A stretch of DNA of 62,962 nt, counting the filler, from Sphacelaria rigidula (Eukaryota), in NCBI GenBank assembly GCA_964200075.2. It is 9 parts of 9 records of this genome, joined end to end, with 100 filler letters (N's around TTAATTAATTAA, not from the genome) between each part and the next. Parts side by side here need not be neighbours in the genome. Positions count along the whole stretch, not along the records: positions 1 to 6,908 come from CAXNAA020017472.1; positions 7,009 to 13,915 come from CAXNAA020017473.1; 7 more parts are not named here. One strand, given 5' to 3'. The translations under genes were made by a program, and so were the position numbers. The notes beneath the pieces are model-generated. The model did no database searches. It worked only from the letters and a program-made list of their open reading frames with translations, and was not told the origin of the DNA. Shown here one piece after another: positions 1-12,800 of this stretch (within the stretch, counting starts at the first letter, position 1; each line of letters opens with the position of its first letter).

Positions 1-30
1 ACCACCACCACCACCACCACCATCACCACC
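1..30. repeat. (ACC)n microsatellite at contig start
   Basis: accaccacca... read directly. Confidence 0.9.
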
Positions 31-1308
31 CGAAAGACTCCAGGATTCAAAAAAGGGGCATAGGGTCTCGGATTGTTTTATTGGGGGGCACTCTCGGATG
101 ACATTCAAATCCCATTCAAAGCGGTGAGCGATTCGAAAACCATGCATCTGTAATATGCAGCAGCAGACTCTCCGTGAGGAGGGGAGGATGCAAAGAAGCC
201 AAGGCTGGCAACACGCGGAGATGAGAGCGCAAAATGATTGACGTCCGGACCCATAAGCACGCATGCAGTTGAATTGCAAGCCATGGTTTACTTTGTATTT
301 TGTGGACGCGGATTACCGTTTGTGTGCTATTTTTTATTCCAGATGTATGTTATGCTATGCAACGATAAACCTGGCATATATCCGCAGTATCACTTCAAGG
401 TTTAGTGATCACTATTGCTGTACTGTACTGCGAGTCCCTGTACTGCTGTCCGGTGCAGACCCCAATCCTATTGTCATTTTGTCCGTAATCATGTAAGCAT
501 CTTTGTTAAACGAACCATACTAAAAATGATATAAACATAGCCGGTAAAGGCAAACTTCAAATAAACTGGATAAACTGGAGTCCTCATCACCAGTTCCTGT
601 TAAACTCCAGTTCCAGTTTAACTGCCAGTACAAACTGGTCTAGTTCACAGCCCAACAAATTGGGCATCGCGTCGCACTTTTCGTGTGACACGATTGCGCC
701 CAGCTGGTCGAACTGATACAACCTCCTCGAATTACACAGGTTACGAGTTCGGATCCCGACATGGCCACTTTCTGTTTTGTGCATGGTCTAATCGTGCATA
801 ATCTCTCGTACCTCCGGGGTTGCAAAGGTTCTCGATATTTTGGTTACGGTCTTACTTTTGGGAGGGCCTAGCGCGGTTTTCAAGTAGTTCTTCTCCCTCG
901 TACGGTGATTAACGACAGTCGGCTCGGAGGTCCTCTCCCATGATGAGGCTGTTGACGAGCTTGATGCCATGTTGCAGCACCACCAGTGTGCTCTTGCCTG
1001 AGCATATTGGGTGTTCATATGTCTGTGCGGCGCAACTGTCTATCGTACTTCCACCGCATCTTGTGAAAAGAAACGTCCCCAGACACGCTGTCAGGCAACG
1101 TCAGGAGACGTACCCGGTACTCAATGCAGTACAAAAACATCACCAATACTGCGCCAATCGACCAGCGGCGGTGCCGTGTGTTACCAGGTTGATCTACAGT
1201 TCACAGCGATATGCTCACGTCGCGCTGATCTGGGAAACTTGAGAAGTTGTGGTGGGGGAGGCGAATGCGGGGTTTACTGCTGGCCCAGCTCGTCGTTACT
1301 TTCCCTTC

Positions 1309-1659
1309 TAGGGTCTTGATGTAACGCGTTTATGATGGTTCATGTAACATGGAACGTGATATGAAACGTTTCATGTAGGGTGAAACATCTAATGCACGTG
1401 TAACGTGTAATGGACGTTACACGTTTCATTAAACGTTTCAAAGTATGCGTTTTGAACGTTTGGGCAATTTACAACGTTCACGTTACGTTTCGTTTTGCAC
1501 GTTGGAAACGTTTAACGTTGCGTTAATGTTCCATTTCAAAATTGAACGTCATGTTCACGATTCGTTTGGCACGTGAAGAACACTCAGCGTTCACGTTACG
1601 TTTCCGCCAAGACGTAACGTGAACGTGACGTGTAACGTTGTGGCACGTGTAAAACCCTG
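1309..1659. mobile_element. Putative non-autonomous DNA transposon (MITE) packed with ACGT/AACGTT motifs
   Basis: Ends TAGGGTCTT...AAAACCCTG form a short imperfect inverted repeat. The interior is saturated with AACGT/ACGTT. No TSD seen. Confidence 0.45.
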
Positions 1660-2829
1660 GTGAATACCGGGGGTGTACCCGGTAAATATCGGAAACGATG
1701 CACTCCCCACGGTGCAGCAGTTGGGCCCACCTTACGCAAAGGCCAGAAGTTGTCGGAGCAGGTGCATCTTGTTTTCACAAGTAATATATTGCCAGATTCC
1801 CTCTGATTTTTTTGTTTGAATCAAGGCAAATGGACTTTTTATTGTGAGTCTGATGTTCTCGGTCAATGGAAATAAATATTTTACCATAGTTACGGTGCTA
1901 TACATTATTTGTCGAAGATGAGCATCATACACAAACATATTCCACGTGCAAACAAGCAGAGAGGAAAAAACGAAAGGGAGGAAGACAACAAAACAAATTG
2001 AGTGGCCGCATGAGGCATACAAAATAGACAACGAGGTGCCAAAATACCAATTATATCACCTTGTATATATGTATGTTTATTGTAAATACTGCGCCATTGC
2101 CAGGTGCTGTCGATGAAGAAATACAACTGCATTGAGAGGCAAACCGTTACGTACTTCTGCACCTGCTCCTACGTACTACTGCAATACCTTAGTGCCACAA
2201 ATCACCGCGCATCGAACCATTACATTTCAACTGTGCACGGTGTACTGCTCTATTTGAAGAGTGCTTCGGTCTCTACACCCACGTCAACAAGCACGAAAAT
2301 CACCACGCGGTACTCACGATCGATCCATGGATTGGGTGTCTCACCCGGTCAGTTAATTGCAACAATCCAGCTAGTGGTCAGGACGAAAAAGTATTAAAAA
2401 ACAACGAAAATAATGCAAACGCTCGACAGCAACAAGGGAAAGGAGTCCCACGTATTACGCGTGGAGACAAAAAAAATGAAGAAAAATGCCAGATAATATG
2501 CTCCTAGCACGGGCGCAGGCATATCGCACGGCGCATCAGCTGCCACTCACGCCCTGAATTTCGTTCTCTCCCTCGCTAAGATGATCGGGGTCGTTGATCG
2601 TGTCCATTGGGGTCTCTGCGCCAATGATATCGATAAAGTCGTTGGCCTCGCGTAGGTCAGGGTCGACCCCGGTGAAGCGCTTGGGGATGGGTGATGGTAT
2701 TGATGCGGTAGTGGAAAACAGGCACCACTACAGGTATCTTGGCGAAGTCGAGGTGAAGGAACAGGAACATTTCAACGTAGCATCCGTCGAGGCGGCTTCT
2801 CCGGCTGGACAGAAACACTGCCCCACTTG

Positions 2830-2933
2830 AACTGTTGGGCATTGTGTGAGAAAAATCCCAGATAGCTCCGAGATTCGAACCCACGACCCAACCGTCAGAA
2901 GATTACGAGGTTACCAACTACGCCACCGGGGCG
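2830..2933 (-). mobile_element. tRNA-derived SINE, 5' head copy
   Basis: Minus strand reads GCCCCGGTGGCGTAGTTGGTAACC...CTTCTGACGGTTGGGTCGTGGGTTCGAATCTC...TGGGATTTTTCTCACAC...TGCCCAACAG (A and B boxes). Homologous to the copies at 14786 and 27491. Confidence 0.8.
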
Positions 2934-3070
2934 ACGAGCAAGCTACAGTGTGCAGTATATTGTCACTACGGTCAAATTTCAAAAAAATAAATTACTCCAA
3001 ATTCGCCTTCGTGCTATGGGATCTGAAACGCTTCTCCGCACTGGCGGATGGCAATTTTGAAATCGGTATA

Positions 3071-3400
3071 CAGGGTAAGGCAGGTACCCGGTACTGGTAT
3101 TTGAGACATTTCATACCCTATCGATACCGACCCAATCGGGTATTGTCGAATGTCATACCTGTGATTCCTACGATACCACGGTGTTTCGAGATACCAGTAC
3201 CTACCGTACCTGCCCAATCGGGTATTTTCAAAACTCATACCTACAATACCCACGCATACCGCGGTATTTTCGACATGTCAATACCTACCGCACCCGCTCA
3301 ATCGGGTATTTTCGAAACTTCACCCACGACACCCACGCATACCACGGTATGGGATACCTCGGTAAATACCGGGGGTACGGTCGGCACGGTACCTTGCCTA
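3071..3400. mobile_element. Putative MITE with internal TACC-rich sub-repeats
   Basis: Ends CAGGGTAAGG...GGTACC and GGTACCTTGCCTA are imperfectly inverted. CAATCGGGTATT occurs three times about 80-85 bp apart. Confidence 0.5.
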
Positions 3401-4249
3401 TGGTTCCCGTGATGAAATAGATTCAACTGTATTGTTGAAATACAACCAGGACCGCAAGGAGAGGAATGCCACGGTCGGCTGTGGATGATGTGGGGCTTGC
3501 TGGGCCAGAGGCTAGAATGCCATGCGGTACCATGATGAGCATAGTGGCGTGCCATCCAGTACGTACGTGTATGATGGACGCCTGAAATACGATGTCTGGT
3601 TGATGTATGCAAGAGCTGAAATGTGAGTTGCGAGAGTAAAGTCGCGGAGAGTAACAAGTAACACCGCCGTAGAATCCAAGGAACCAGCTGTGGCCACATG
3701 CAGAACCGGTAAACGGAGAAAACGAGCGAGCGTTTCTTCCAAGCAAACGTGAAATCTTGAAATTATCAACGTGTCTTGTTTTCATCCTGGAAGCTTGCTG
3801 GAAGGTACGTTTCATTGGGGGGTGCCGCCCAGGAACCGCCACAACAAAAACGCGAAAAAGGCACATAATTCGCATATATTCCACCAAAACACGCATAAGG
3901 CGGCGCATTATTTACGCCTCGGAGCATAGAGAAAAAATAATGAAACGCGTGAGAAAAAAAAACGTGCATGAGAAACAAAAGCATAGTCGCATATGCAGAA
4001 AGCTAACACAAGCTGCGGTAACGCACATCGAAAACGACCACTTCAAAACGAGAGCGTTTTACTGTTCTCGAACCCATTTTTGATCATCAGAAAGTTGAAC
4101 CAGTTCCATAAGACAGCCCTGAACCAGACGGTTCGAACGATCCATTCAGATGTTGAATCAGCGTGCGCAATCTCGAGATATGGATGATTTGGACAGGAGC
4201 ACCTCTGGTAAACGAGCACCTGATTCGGCGCAGGGGTGACGTGGATGTT

Positions 4250-4680
4250 AGGGCATAACTCAATACGGGAATGTTTTTGCTTCGTTTATTTTCTCCTGCG
4301 TGACACCCTCATCCATAAGGTTCTTTCAAGCCATCGTTTGATAGGTTTCAACAACAATTGACGATTCTACAGTGGAATATTCATCCAAATGTTCCCCCCG
4401 CACCAGCCCAAGGGTAACGCCCAAAATCATGGATATTAAGGTATAACTCATTACAAGGTTTTTCCTTCATATTTATTCTTCTGCGTGGCACCTTTATTGA
4501 TGCGATTCTTTCAAGCTAACGTTCGTTAGATTCCAACTGAAATTGACGATTCTACAGTGGAATATTCGCTGAATTTTACCCCTAGCCAGCCCAAACGTCC
4601 AAAATCGTGGAAATTACGGAAAAGATCATCACGATTTTGTCTTCTTTCGTTTTTTTTCTCTGCGTGGTACCAATATCCAT
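4250..4680. repeat. Diverged ~185-bp tandem repeat, about 2.3 units
   Basis: AATTGACGATTCTACAGTGGAATATTC and TTCTTTCAAGC occur twice. CTGCGTG(A/G) occurs three times at similar spacing. Confidence 0.7.
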
Positions 4681-5060
4681 AACCCTAACCCTCATCCCAA
4701 CAACGGCAAACCGAAAATCCTCGGGCAGGTGGGTGTAAACTTTTCCCTCAGCAAAGTGTGCGTTGCCATACCTCAAACCGGCGCCGCCAGCGCCGATTTA
4801 CAAGAGGACGCGTTTTGCGCAAGCTAGGAGCACAGCCCCCAGTGAAAGATTCGGATTTTGGTGTCCTCGCTAAAACCAAGTCGGGCCGGTATCACGTCAC
4901 CTAGTGGTGAACTCCACCGGTCTAGTCAACACAAGGGTTGCTACGTCAGCAGCCATGAAGTCAAATCGACTGCTTCACGGTCAAACGGCCATGTATGTTC
5001 GATTTCGTGGATGCCGACATCGATTGATGGATTGTCACCCATGAAGTTATTCTGGAGGGT

Positions 5061-6000
5061 CTCACCCGTGGTCATAGAATAGACGCACCGAAGAGTAACA
5101 AAACACGTCTACTCGCCGGAATAAACTAGCTAGACACATGGAGAAAATAAGACAATGTAGGACAATTGGCGCATACTGAACAAACACGACGTACAGCACC
5201 AAACAGGAGAAACAATAGGGAACGGCAAGAAAGGGGAAGGGAAGGGAAAGGACAAAAAAAAACGTTCGGATGTTATAATGATCACCAAAGCCAATGAGTG
5301 GGCCGTGCGGCATGGATACAGGTCAAAAGTCGTGCAGCAAAAGGAAACAAAAAAACGCTGAGAGGGCCGTCTAAGCTGTATGTGAACCGCACTGTGGTAC
5401 TCGGGCATGGTTTCTCACCCACGAGCTTTACAGGAGCGAGGCATAATGAACAGTATGAAACCAGTTAAACTTTCTTTCACAGAAAGAAAAACGATAGCTA
5501 AAGGGGGAAAGAAGGAAAAGCGGATGGAGGCAGAGAGAAAGAGAGAGCGGAGAAATGAAAAATGAGGCAGAAATGGAACCCGCGAAGAAGGCAGAACTTG
5601 TTGGAACACAACTACGAATATGCGTGAGGTTGCAAGGCGGGGGAAAAACTCAACAACTGACAAGAGAAGACATGGGTATCTCAGTTCCCGTGTCACCCCC
5701 GCCTCTGCCACTCATTCCTGGTCGTGTAGAAAGCGACTCACTCGTTGGACCATTTCCATCCTGGATCCGTCGCAAGTCGTTGCTGGCGCTATTCTCTCTG
5801 AGGTGGGGGCTTTATGGATGTCCGAATAGCAGGGTAGGCTTGCCGCAGTGCGCAGAAGTCGTGCCCCACGAACAGTGAAAAAGGAGCCAAAACGTCGTGC
5901 CTCGCGGAGGGCGGCTTCCACAAATGCCAGAGTCATACCGTGCGAATAACGCGGGCGGAGTATGTTCCGAAGCATCCTGCCTGACGAGGCACGGTAGCAC
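5061..6000 (-). mobile_element. Degenerate LINE 3' fragment (ORF2 C-terminal remnant plus T-rich 3' UTR)
   Basis: Minus strand ends in CGTCTATTCTATGACCACGG, shared with the other LINE-like 3' ends, after a long T-rich tract. Upstream peptide LVRQDASEHTPPALFARY..RPPRG resembles the RTE-type ORF2 C-terminus. Confidence 0.45.
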
Positions 6001-6908
6001 GCGGGGAAAATATATATATTTTTTTCTGGGTGTACGAATAATGTATGGGACAAGGTCAGATGGATTTCTGCGTAGGAATCACAACTGGAGAAAACAGTAT
6101 CGTTCATTTTTCGTGCCGTATGCTGCACAGGCGAGAAATGTGTACGTTTGATTCATGCCGTCATTCGTGAGGGTTACCCAAAAATGTGTTGACTAATCGT
6201 GCTGCATGAGTCACCGGAGGGAAGAGTGCACCTTCGAAGCAGAGCGGTACCGCACGTAATTTCGGGTCCCAAACATGACCGATTCGTGATCCATGTCCTT
6301 CCACTCATGAAGATCTGCACTGCAGGACAGTAACTTCTTCTTATATTGCGCGCTTGACCATCACGCCCTTCACCAGCGAAATGGTGAAGGAGCAGTGACC
6401 CTCCACCGGCGAGACGGTAAAACTCAGCGCCTGCTTTCAAAATATCGTCATGGCACTCGTTCTTCAGATCGACGTCGCTCGATTGCGCCGGTCGCATACG
6501 CACACGCACACCGTCAGACGATAACTAACGCCGACTGATCCTAATGGGTTCATGTTTTCCATCGCCGATCGCTCAGATGCACGTTCAGCACTGCGCAAAC
6601 TCAGATGCGCCATTACTCGAACTTCATAAACTAAAATGAAAAACTTCCTCCACCATAGAAATTGGCGAATGTTGAGGCCACTTTTGCGTTAAAAATAAGT
6701 TGAAAAGGGCCTTTTCGACCTTTCTTCGTCGTCTTACGCCCGAAAAGAGGGCTTGGTGGATGTTGAATCGTTGGAATGGCTTTCGCTACTCGTTGAGACC
6801 GTTGCAGGACAACCTCGCGTTTTCCGGTGACCGCATTTTCTGTTTTTTTTGGGGGGGGGGGGGGCGAACTCTCAATTTAAATAACCGTTTAGTTGTCACG
6901 ACACGGGG

Positions 6909-7008
6909 NNNNNNNNNNNNNNNNNNNNNNNNNNNNNNNNNNNNNNNNNNNNTTAATTAATTAANNNNNNNNNNNNNNNNNNNNNNNNNNNNNNNNNNNN
7001 NNNNNNNN
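6909..7008. other. Artificial contig spacer N44-TTAATTAATTAA-N44 (also at 13916-14015, 20923-21022, 27930-28029, 34937-35036, 41944-42043, 48951-49050, 55957-56056)
   Basis: The identical 100-nt block occurs eight times, and TTAATTAATTAA gives stops in all six frames. The intervening segments are 6908, six of 6907, and two of 6906 bp, i.e. length-sorted contigs. Confidence 0.98.
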
Positions 7009-8511
7009 GGGGATGATGTTGATCGAAGATGGCGATGATGCCTTGCTTGGTCGCCACTTTCACGGAGAACAGATGACGCCCGAGTCCGGGGACGACGAAG
7101 CAAGAGAGGGCGACATGGTGCGCCTTCTCTTCTCTATCGGTTACTATACCATAAAGTGTGGCAGTTGAAACTACTTCGACTACATTATGTCCCCCTGTTA
7201 CGATTTTGAACGGCCGTTCGAGGGCCGTGTACTCACTCGCCCGAGCTGAAACACCCGACTCGAGATTTGTGTCTAAGTAGTGACCGGTCGCGCCACTGTC
7301 CACCAGCCAGGTTACGGAGTTGGTGTCGTTGGCTGTCCGAGCCGTTGGCACCGCCGCCATGAAAGCTGCTCCAGTACCCCCACCGAAGGCACCGAAGAGG
7401 TCAATCGTGTTTTCTCCAGCATGCTGTGGTGGGGTGGACGCGCCGAAAGAAAACACTGGAGGAGCCGACTCCGTCATCACAGGTTGCAGGGATCCTCCGA
7501 CTGTTCCGGACGAATTGCTGTATGCAGTCGTCGCCGCGGCAGGCGGCGGGAAGAACGACCCGGGAATACTTACATTAGCGATGTTGGCGCTTCCATTCGT
7601 TGCTGCTTTCTTTCGTTGTACCTTGCACTCGGCATCGCTGTGTGTTGTTGTTCTATGATACGAGCACCATTTTAATGCTTCGTTACCCCCGTTCTTCTTG
7701 CCTGCTTTTCAACGTCTCTGTGTCGGGTTACTCGGCCGTGTCCGACTTCGCTTCTTGTCCGGGCATTCACGTTGATAGTGCCCAAACCCCTTGCAAAGGT
7801 GATACTGTATACCAGATATCGTAGCTTGCATGGCCGCTCCAGGACCGGCCACGGTTGGTGTAGTTGACGTACCAAAACTCCGATCATTGTACGCGTTGCA
7901 CATTGCGGAATGAATGTTGTCGAGGCCGAAGTCGCGCTCGGTGTAGCATTTCGTGCGCACGAGGTCGTACTCGGGGATTATCGCCTTGAGGATAATGTCC
8001 TCGTAGCGATCGTCGTGTATTTTACCCCCGAGACTCTCCAGACGCAGTCGAATTTCGTCCATGTCTTCGAAGAAATTTTCGGGGTCCTCGCCCGGTTTCA
8101 TCGTGTGGCTAACCAGCTGAGCGTTAACTGCCCGCCTAGCCGCTTTGGTGTTGCCGTCGAACTTCTCAACCAAGGCCTTCCACGCACCTTGCCCATCGCC
8201 GATCCGCGGGTCATCGAGATCTTCATCCTCTGTGTGCAAGAACCGCCGGATGGTCGCAGCTGCAGGTCCGATCGTTGAGAGGAACAACAGCGAAAACAGG
8301 TCGCTGTCTTTTCGGTCCCATGCGCGCCCTGCTGGTTCGTCAGTAGGCCTTCGTTGACCCTTGAGAACGGCGAACATCGGCTTGTCAACGATAGAGATAG
8401 CTACTCGCAGCTGATCTTTCCATGCAATGAAGGTGTTCTTATCGTTCGAAAATGTCGGTACCCGTTTGATACGGCCGCTATGCGGTCGGAACTGGTGTCG
8501 GTGTCACTCAT
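7009..8511 (-). mobile_element. Ty1/copia downstream copy: gag (frameshifted), zinc-knuckle remnant and aspartic protease; cut by contig end
   Basis: Gag-like GDGQGAWKALVEKFDG..MKPGEDPENFF..LESLG..IILKAIIPEY; knuckle remnant HLCKGFGHYQREC; protease WLVDSGATGHY..VPGLGRHLFSV. Confidence 0.92.
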
Positions 8512-8532
8512 CGTACAGAGAGAAAATGAACC

Positions 8533-8787
8533 GCGCAACGCTGTACGCTTCGAGGCTTATTAATGCTCCACGCCCGAGTGCGATTTTCCCAGACTGTGCT
8601 GCCTTCCTACGCGCACAGGTTTTCACTGTAGCTTGTACAAACTGCAACTGGTGCAGTTTTCGTCCGCAGGGATGATGAAATACGCAACGCTGTACGCTTC
8701 GAGGCTTATCAATGCTCGACGCGCAAGTGTGATTTCCCAGACTGTGCCGCCTTCCTGCGCGCACAGGTTTTCACTGTAGCTTGTACA
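8533..8787. repeat. ~105-bp direct duplication in the copia 5' leader
   Basis: CGCAACGCTGTACGCTTCGAGGCTTAT...CACAGGTTTTCACTGTAGCTTGTACA occurs at ~8533 and ~8683. Confidence 0.85.
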
Positions 8788-8965
8788 GCGTGCCGCCTTG
8801 ACTCTAGATATGTAGAGTACAATCCGCGGTCGTCTCAATTCACTCGTAGTATCTGTGTTGTCCCAGGTATTCAGCTCCTCTATAGAACTCTGTAGAACTG
8901 GTCGAAGACGTCTCCCCGGCAAGCTCTCCTTCAAAAGCTCTCGGTATTTGCACCTCGCAGACAAT

Positions 8966-8980
8966 CAGGGCTCATAAACC
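8966..8980 (-). promoter_or_regulatory. Primer-binding site complementary to the anticodon-stem region of initiator tRNA-Met (half-tRNA type)
   Basis: GGTTTATGAGCCCTG lies immediately after the LTR end ...TTAACA. The plus strand CAGGGCTCATAA(A)CC matches the iMet anticodon arm. Confidence 0.8.
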
Positions 8981-9591
8981 TGTTAAGGAATACGGTAGTC
9001 GTGTAGACCGTTGTACTCCTCTTGGCAGGTGACTGCAGAGATTGGCGCAGGCAGCTTTATGCTGACCTCGTCTGAGGAGTGAACACCGCAGGTGTCTGAA
9101 CACGAATGTATATTTATTATCACTTATCCATATAGCAGATCCCAAACAAACAGACAAAACGTCCCACACGGGGAGAACCCCAAGAAGAGAAGTGAAGAGA
9201 AGTGATGAAGAGTGAGACCATGTGGGATGGTCACAACAAATATTGCTACGCTACTTTGCTACCTTCTCGAACAATCAATCGATATTCCCATATCAGCAAT
9301 CTTTCTCGAGAACTCTCACTGTAGCATGATCCGCCAAATCTAGAAACCGTATCCAACCGCCAAATCGATTCATCTGGCGAGTTCTTGACTCACCTGCGAC
9401 TACTAGTCAATGATATCTTTCCAGAGCAACCTTTACACCACAGGATTCTCGAAGGCTGTACAGCAACTCCAACCGTTACCTATTGCCGCGCATAATGTCT
9501 CGCCTGTTACTCGGGGAACAAGCCTCCGTATTTCAGCTTGATGCTACTGAACATTGACTCACATATGTTATGCAACATGAAATCCTTGACA
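8981..9591 (-). mobile_element. Copia LTR (611 bp), shared by two tandem copies
   Basis: TG...CA termini with inverted ends TGTCAAGGA...TCCTTAACA. Preceded by PPT GAGGGGGAG (9592-9600) and followed by the PBS. Confidence 0.88.
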
Positions 9592-9842
9592 CTCCCCCTC
9601 AATGGAAGTAGCACTCAGGAGAGATAAAGAAATCCGGACGGATGAATATTTCTAGGCCTACTTATGCAAACGCATGCTTCCATTTCTGCACAGTCCCTAC
9701 AATGCACACTTGGATTTTCAACCCAACACTTTCTACGTTCTCGTTTATTCAAAACACAGTCGTGATCCAACCACACGCTAGAAAGTACGCATCAGACCAG
9801 CTCCCTCTTTCGCGTCTTTATTTCAAGTCTTTAAGGTCTTGA

Positions 9843-12800
9843 TTACGTGCAGCAGATGCAGGTGACGATGTTTGCCCAAGTATTTCGTCCCAATGTCGGC
9901 GATGTTGTTCTTGGTATCCACGTGATGAAGGGTGATGCTCCGCTTCTTGATGAGTTCGCGAATGAAGAAGTAGCGCAATGCCACATGCTTGGTCCGTCCA
10001 CTGTACGTGCTGTTACCGGCAACGTGAAGTGTTGAGGTGTTGTCGATGTGAACCGGAACACTGAAATGCCTCGCCGAATCCCAGCTCCATCATCATGTTG
10101 GAACAGAACACAGCCTCCTTTATTGCCAGCGCTGCCGCCACAAGCTCAGCTTCCATTGTCGACTGAGCAGTTAGACCCTGCATTCCGACTTTGAAACTCA
10201 CCGGAGCGCTCGAGAGCATGACGATATACGAGGACATCGATTTCCCGTTACCCGGGTTGTTCCCCCAGTTGGCGTCCGAAAACGCGGTGAGCTGAAATCC
10301 TCCCTTCCTGTACGTGATATCGAAACTAGCACCCCCCGCAAGGTAACGTAGAAGATGTTTCGCAGCACACATGTGTGCTTTTGATGGTGTTGACATCGCT
10401 CTCGCAAGCTGGTTGACAGCAAACTGGATATCATACCGGACCACTTGTGCTAGATACATAAACGAGCCGGTGATCACCTGGTATCGCTGTGTTGCCGCCG
10501 GATCCAGGAGTTTCTCTTCCGGTTGATTCAATGACAGCTCTGCTCCCGCTCCTGGTGTGCTCCGCGGGTTGCAGTTCCCCATTTCGTACTTCTCCAAGAT
10601 CGATTTGGTGTAGCTCTCCTGGCTGAGAGTGAGCGTCCCATTCTTGCGGTCTCGGGTGACTCTCATTCCGAGTACAAGTGATACGTCTCCCATGTCCGTC
10701 ATTTCGAAACGAACCATGAGTTTTTTTTTGAGCATCTGCAGTATTGCCACGTCCCCTCCAACAAGGAGCACATCGTCCACGTAAAGGGTGAGAAGCGCGA
10801 CACCCTTCCTCTTTCCGAGAGCGGTGCTGACGGTGTCGCCCCGGGAGTTACCGGCCCTGATGTTGTCGTTGTCGTCGTTGTCAGTGAAGGCGTAGATGCA
10901 GGGATCTGAAGGGAAAGAGGTGAAACCGATTTCCCCCAGGAATTTGTCTATGATGTTCCACCAATTTAGTGGCGACTGGCGAAGGCCATATAACGACTCA
11001 TGGAGCTGCATCACGAGAGGAACTCTCGTCACGGGATTGTTCTCCTCGTAGCCCGGGGCCATCTTGACGTAAACTTCCTCTTCAACGGGCGCGTGTAGAA
11101 ATGCCGTCTGCACGTCCAGCTGCCAGATTTCCCAGTCCATCTCCGCGGCCGCTGCAAGCACCATATGGATGCTCTGTAGCGTACGGACGGGAGCGAAGGT
11201 GCCGCCGCAGTTGATGCCCGGTACTTGTCCCCATCATTGGACGACCAATCTTCCCTTGTATGTGTTATCGGCTTTCACCTTATACACCCACCGGGATCCA
11301 ATGGCCTTCATCTCTGCAGGAATCGCCGTGAAGGGTACAAGCGTGAAGACATTATTGGAACGAAGGCTTCCTATTTCTTCATCTGATGCTGCCTTCCACT
11401 CCTTCGCCTCTGGCAGTCGCATTGCCTCTTGAAAGGTGTTCGGCACCATGACCACTTTCTCCCCCTCCGAACAACTTCAAATTTGGGTGTTTGTGGCAGA
11501 GTACGCATACTCCAGAAAGGAAACTCCATCCTCGTGAGCGATGTCTCGCATATTTGCCCTGGCGTAGAAAATGACCGAAGTCTCCAGGCGCTTTAGCTCG
11601 CGAGGTTGAGCGCTTCTCGTGCCTGCGCCGGAGATGACGTCTATCGGGGCTTGTGGGTTATCCCGCGTGCTGACACGCGAAGAACCCGCTGTAGGTGACG
11701 GTGTTGTAGCTGGCGGTGAACCTTCAGTGACTCCCCCTCCTGGGGAGGCTCCAGTGGGGATCTCTCCCGATGAAGATCCGATAAGGTCGTTGACGCGGTC
11801 CGTCACGTTGCGTAGGTTTCTAAATAGTTTGATCATACGTTCGTGGTTGTTGGACGAGGATTCAGCAGACGTGGCCATCGGGTCGTTGAAAAGGCTGATG
11901 CCATGATTGCGAACGTCCCTCGCGAAATCATCATCGGTTTCGTACTTGTTGCAAGAAGTATGATCCCATGGAAGGACATGTAGCGGGGTCTCAATGAAGA
12001 CTACGTTCCGGCTTTCCACCACACGCTTGGTGGCAGGGTTGTATATCCGATAGGACTTGCTTTTAGGGCTATAACCGCACAGTGACCCCTCCCAAGCCTT
12101 TTCCGCCATTTTCTTCGTATGTATCTCGACATGTACAAAGGCCCGTGCGCCAATGACACGGAGATGAGAGAGGTTCGCGTCATTGCCGTATAACTTCTTG
12201 TATGGTGTCACCATGTCGAGCGCCGAATGAGGTACACGGTTGAGGAGATATGCCGCAGTGAACATCAATTCGCCCCATAAGAACGGTGGCAGTTCACTGT
12301 CTTTGAGCAGACATCGTGTCATAGGTGCGAGGATGCCGCCGTCGCGCTCGGAAACCCCAACCTGCTGCGGAGTATTCGTAGAGGCGTATTCATGACGAAT
12401 ACCAGTGCTGAGGCAGTAGTCCTCAAACTCCTGTCCCTTGCAGTCGCCGCCTTTTTCTGTACAAAGACGTTGAACTCGTAGCCCCATCGGTATCACCACC
12501 GACTTAACAAAGGTCTGGATCGTGCTGAGGGCGTCACTCTTAGTTTTGGCAAGATAAACCACTCGATACTTGGCATGCTGATCGGTTATTTTAGACACGT
12601 AGCTGTAGCCGCCCATCGCAGCAGGTACAATTGGCCCCGTGAAGTCGCCGAGGACGAGCTTGAAGGGAGTGTTCACCTTATAGTCCGCAGTTCTCGGGTA
12701 TGGATGTCGTTTGCTTTTGCTTAGGGCGCATACGTCACAGGGCGGTAGCGTTCCATCGAAGCTGATACCAGAGCCTTCTACCTTCCGAAGTACATTCAGG

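Noticed and set aside
2860-2933. Functional tRNA genes (also 14786, 27491, 54650)
   Set aside because: A/B boxes are present but acceptor and anticodon stems do not pair. Three copies continue into a shared non-tRNA body.
2846-3412. 188-aa ORF as a protein gene
   Set aside because: It runs across an antisense SINE head and a TACC-rich repeat, and has no recognisable domain.
6953-6964. TTAATTAATTAA recurring every ~7007 bp as a biological periodic signal
   Set aside because: It is always embedded in 44+44 Ns and is a six-frame-stop linker; the period reflects length-sorted contigs.
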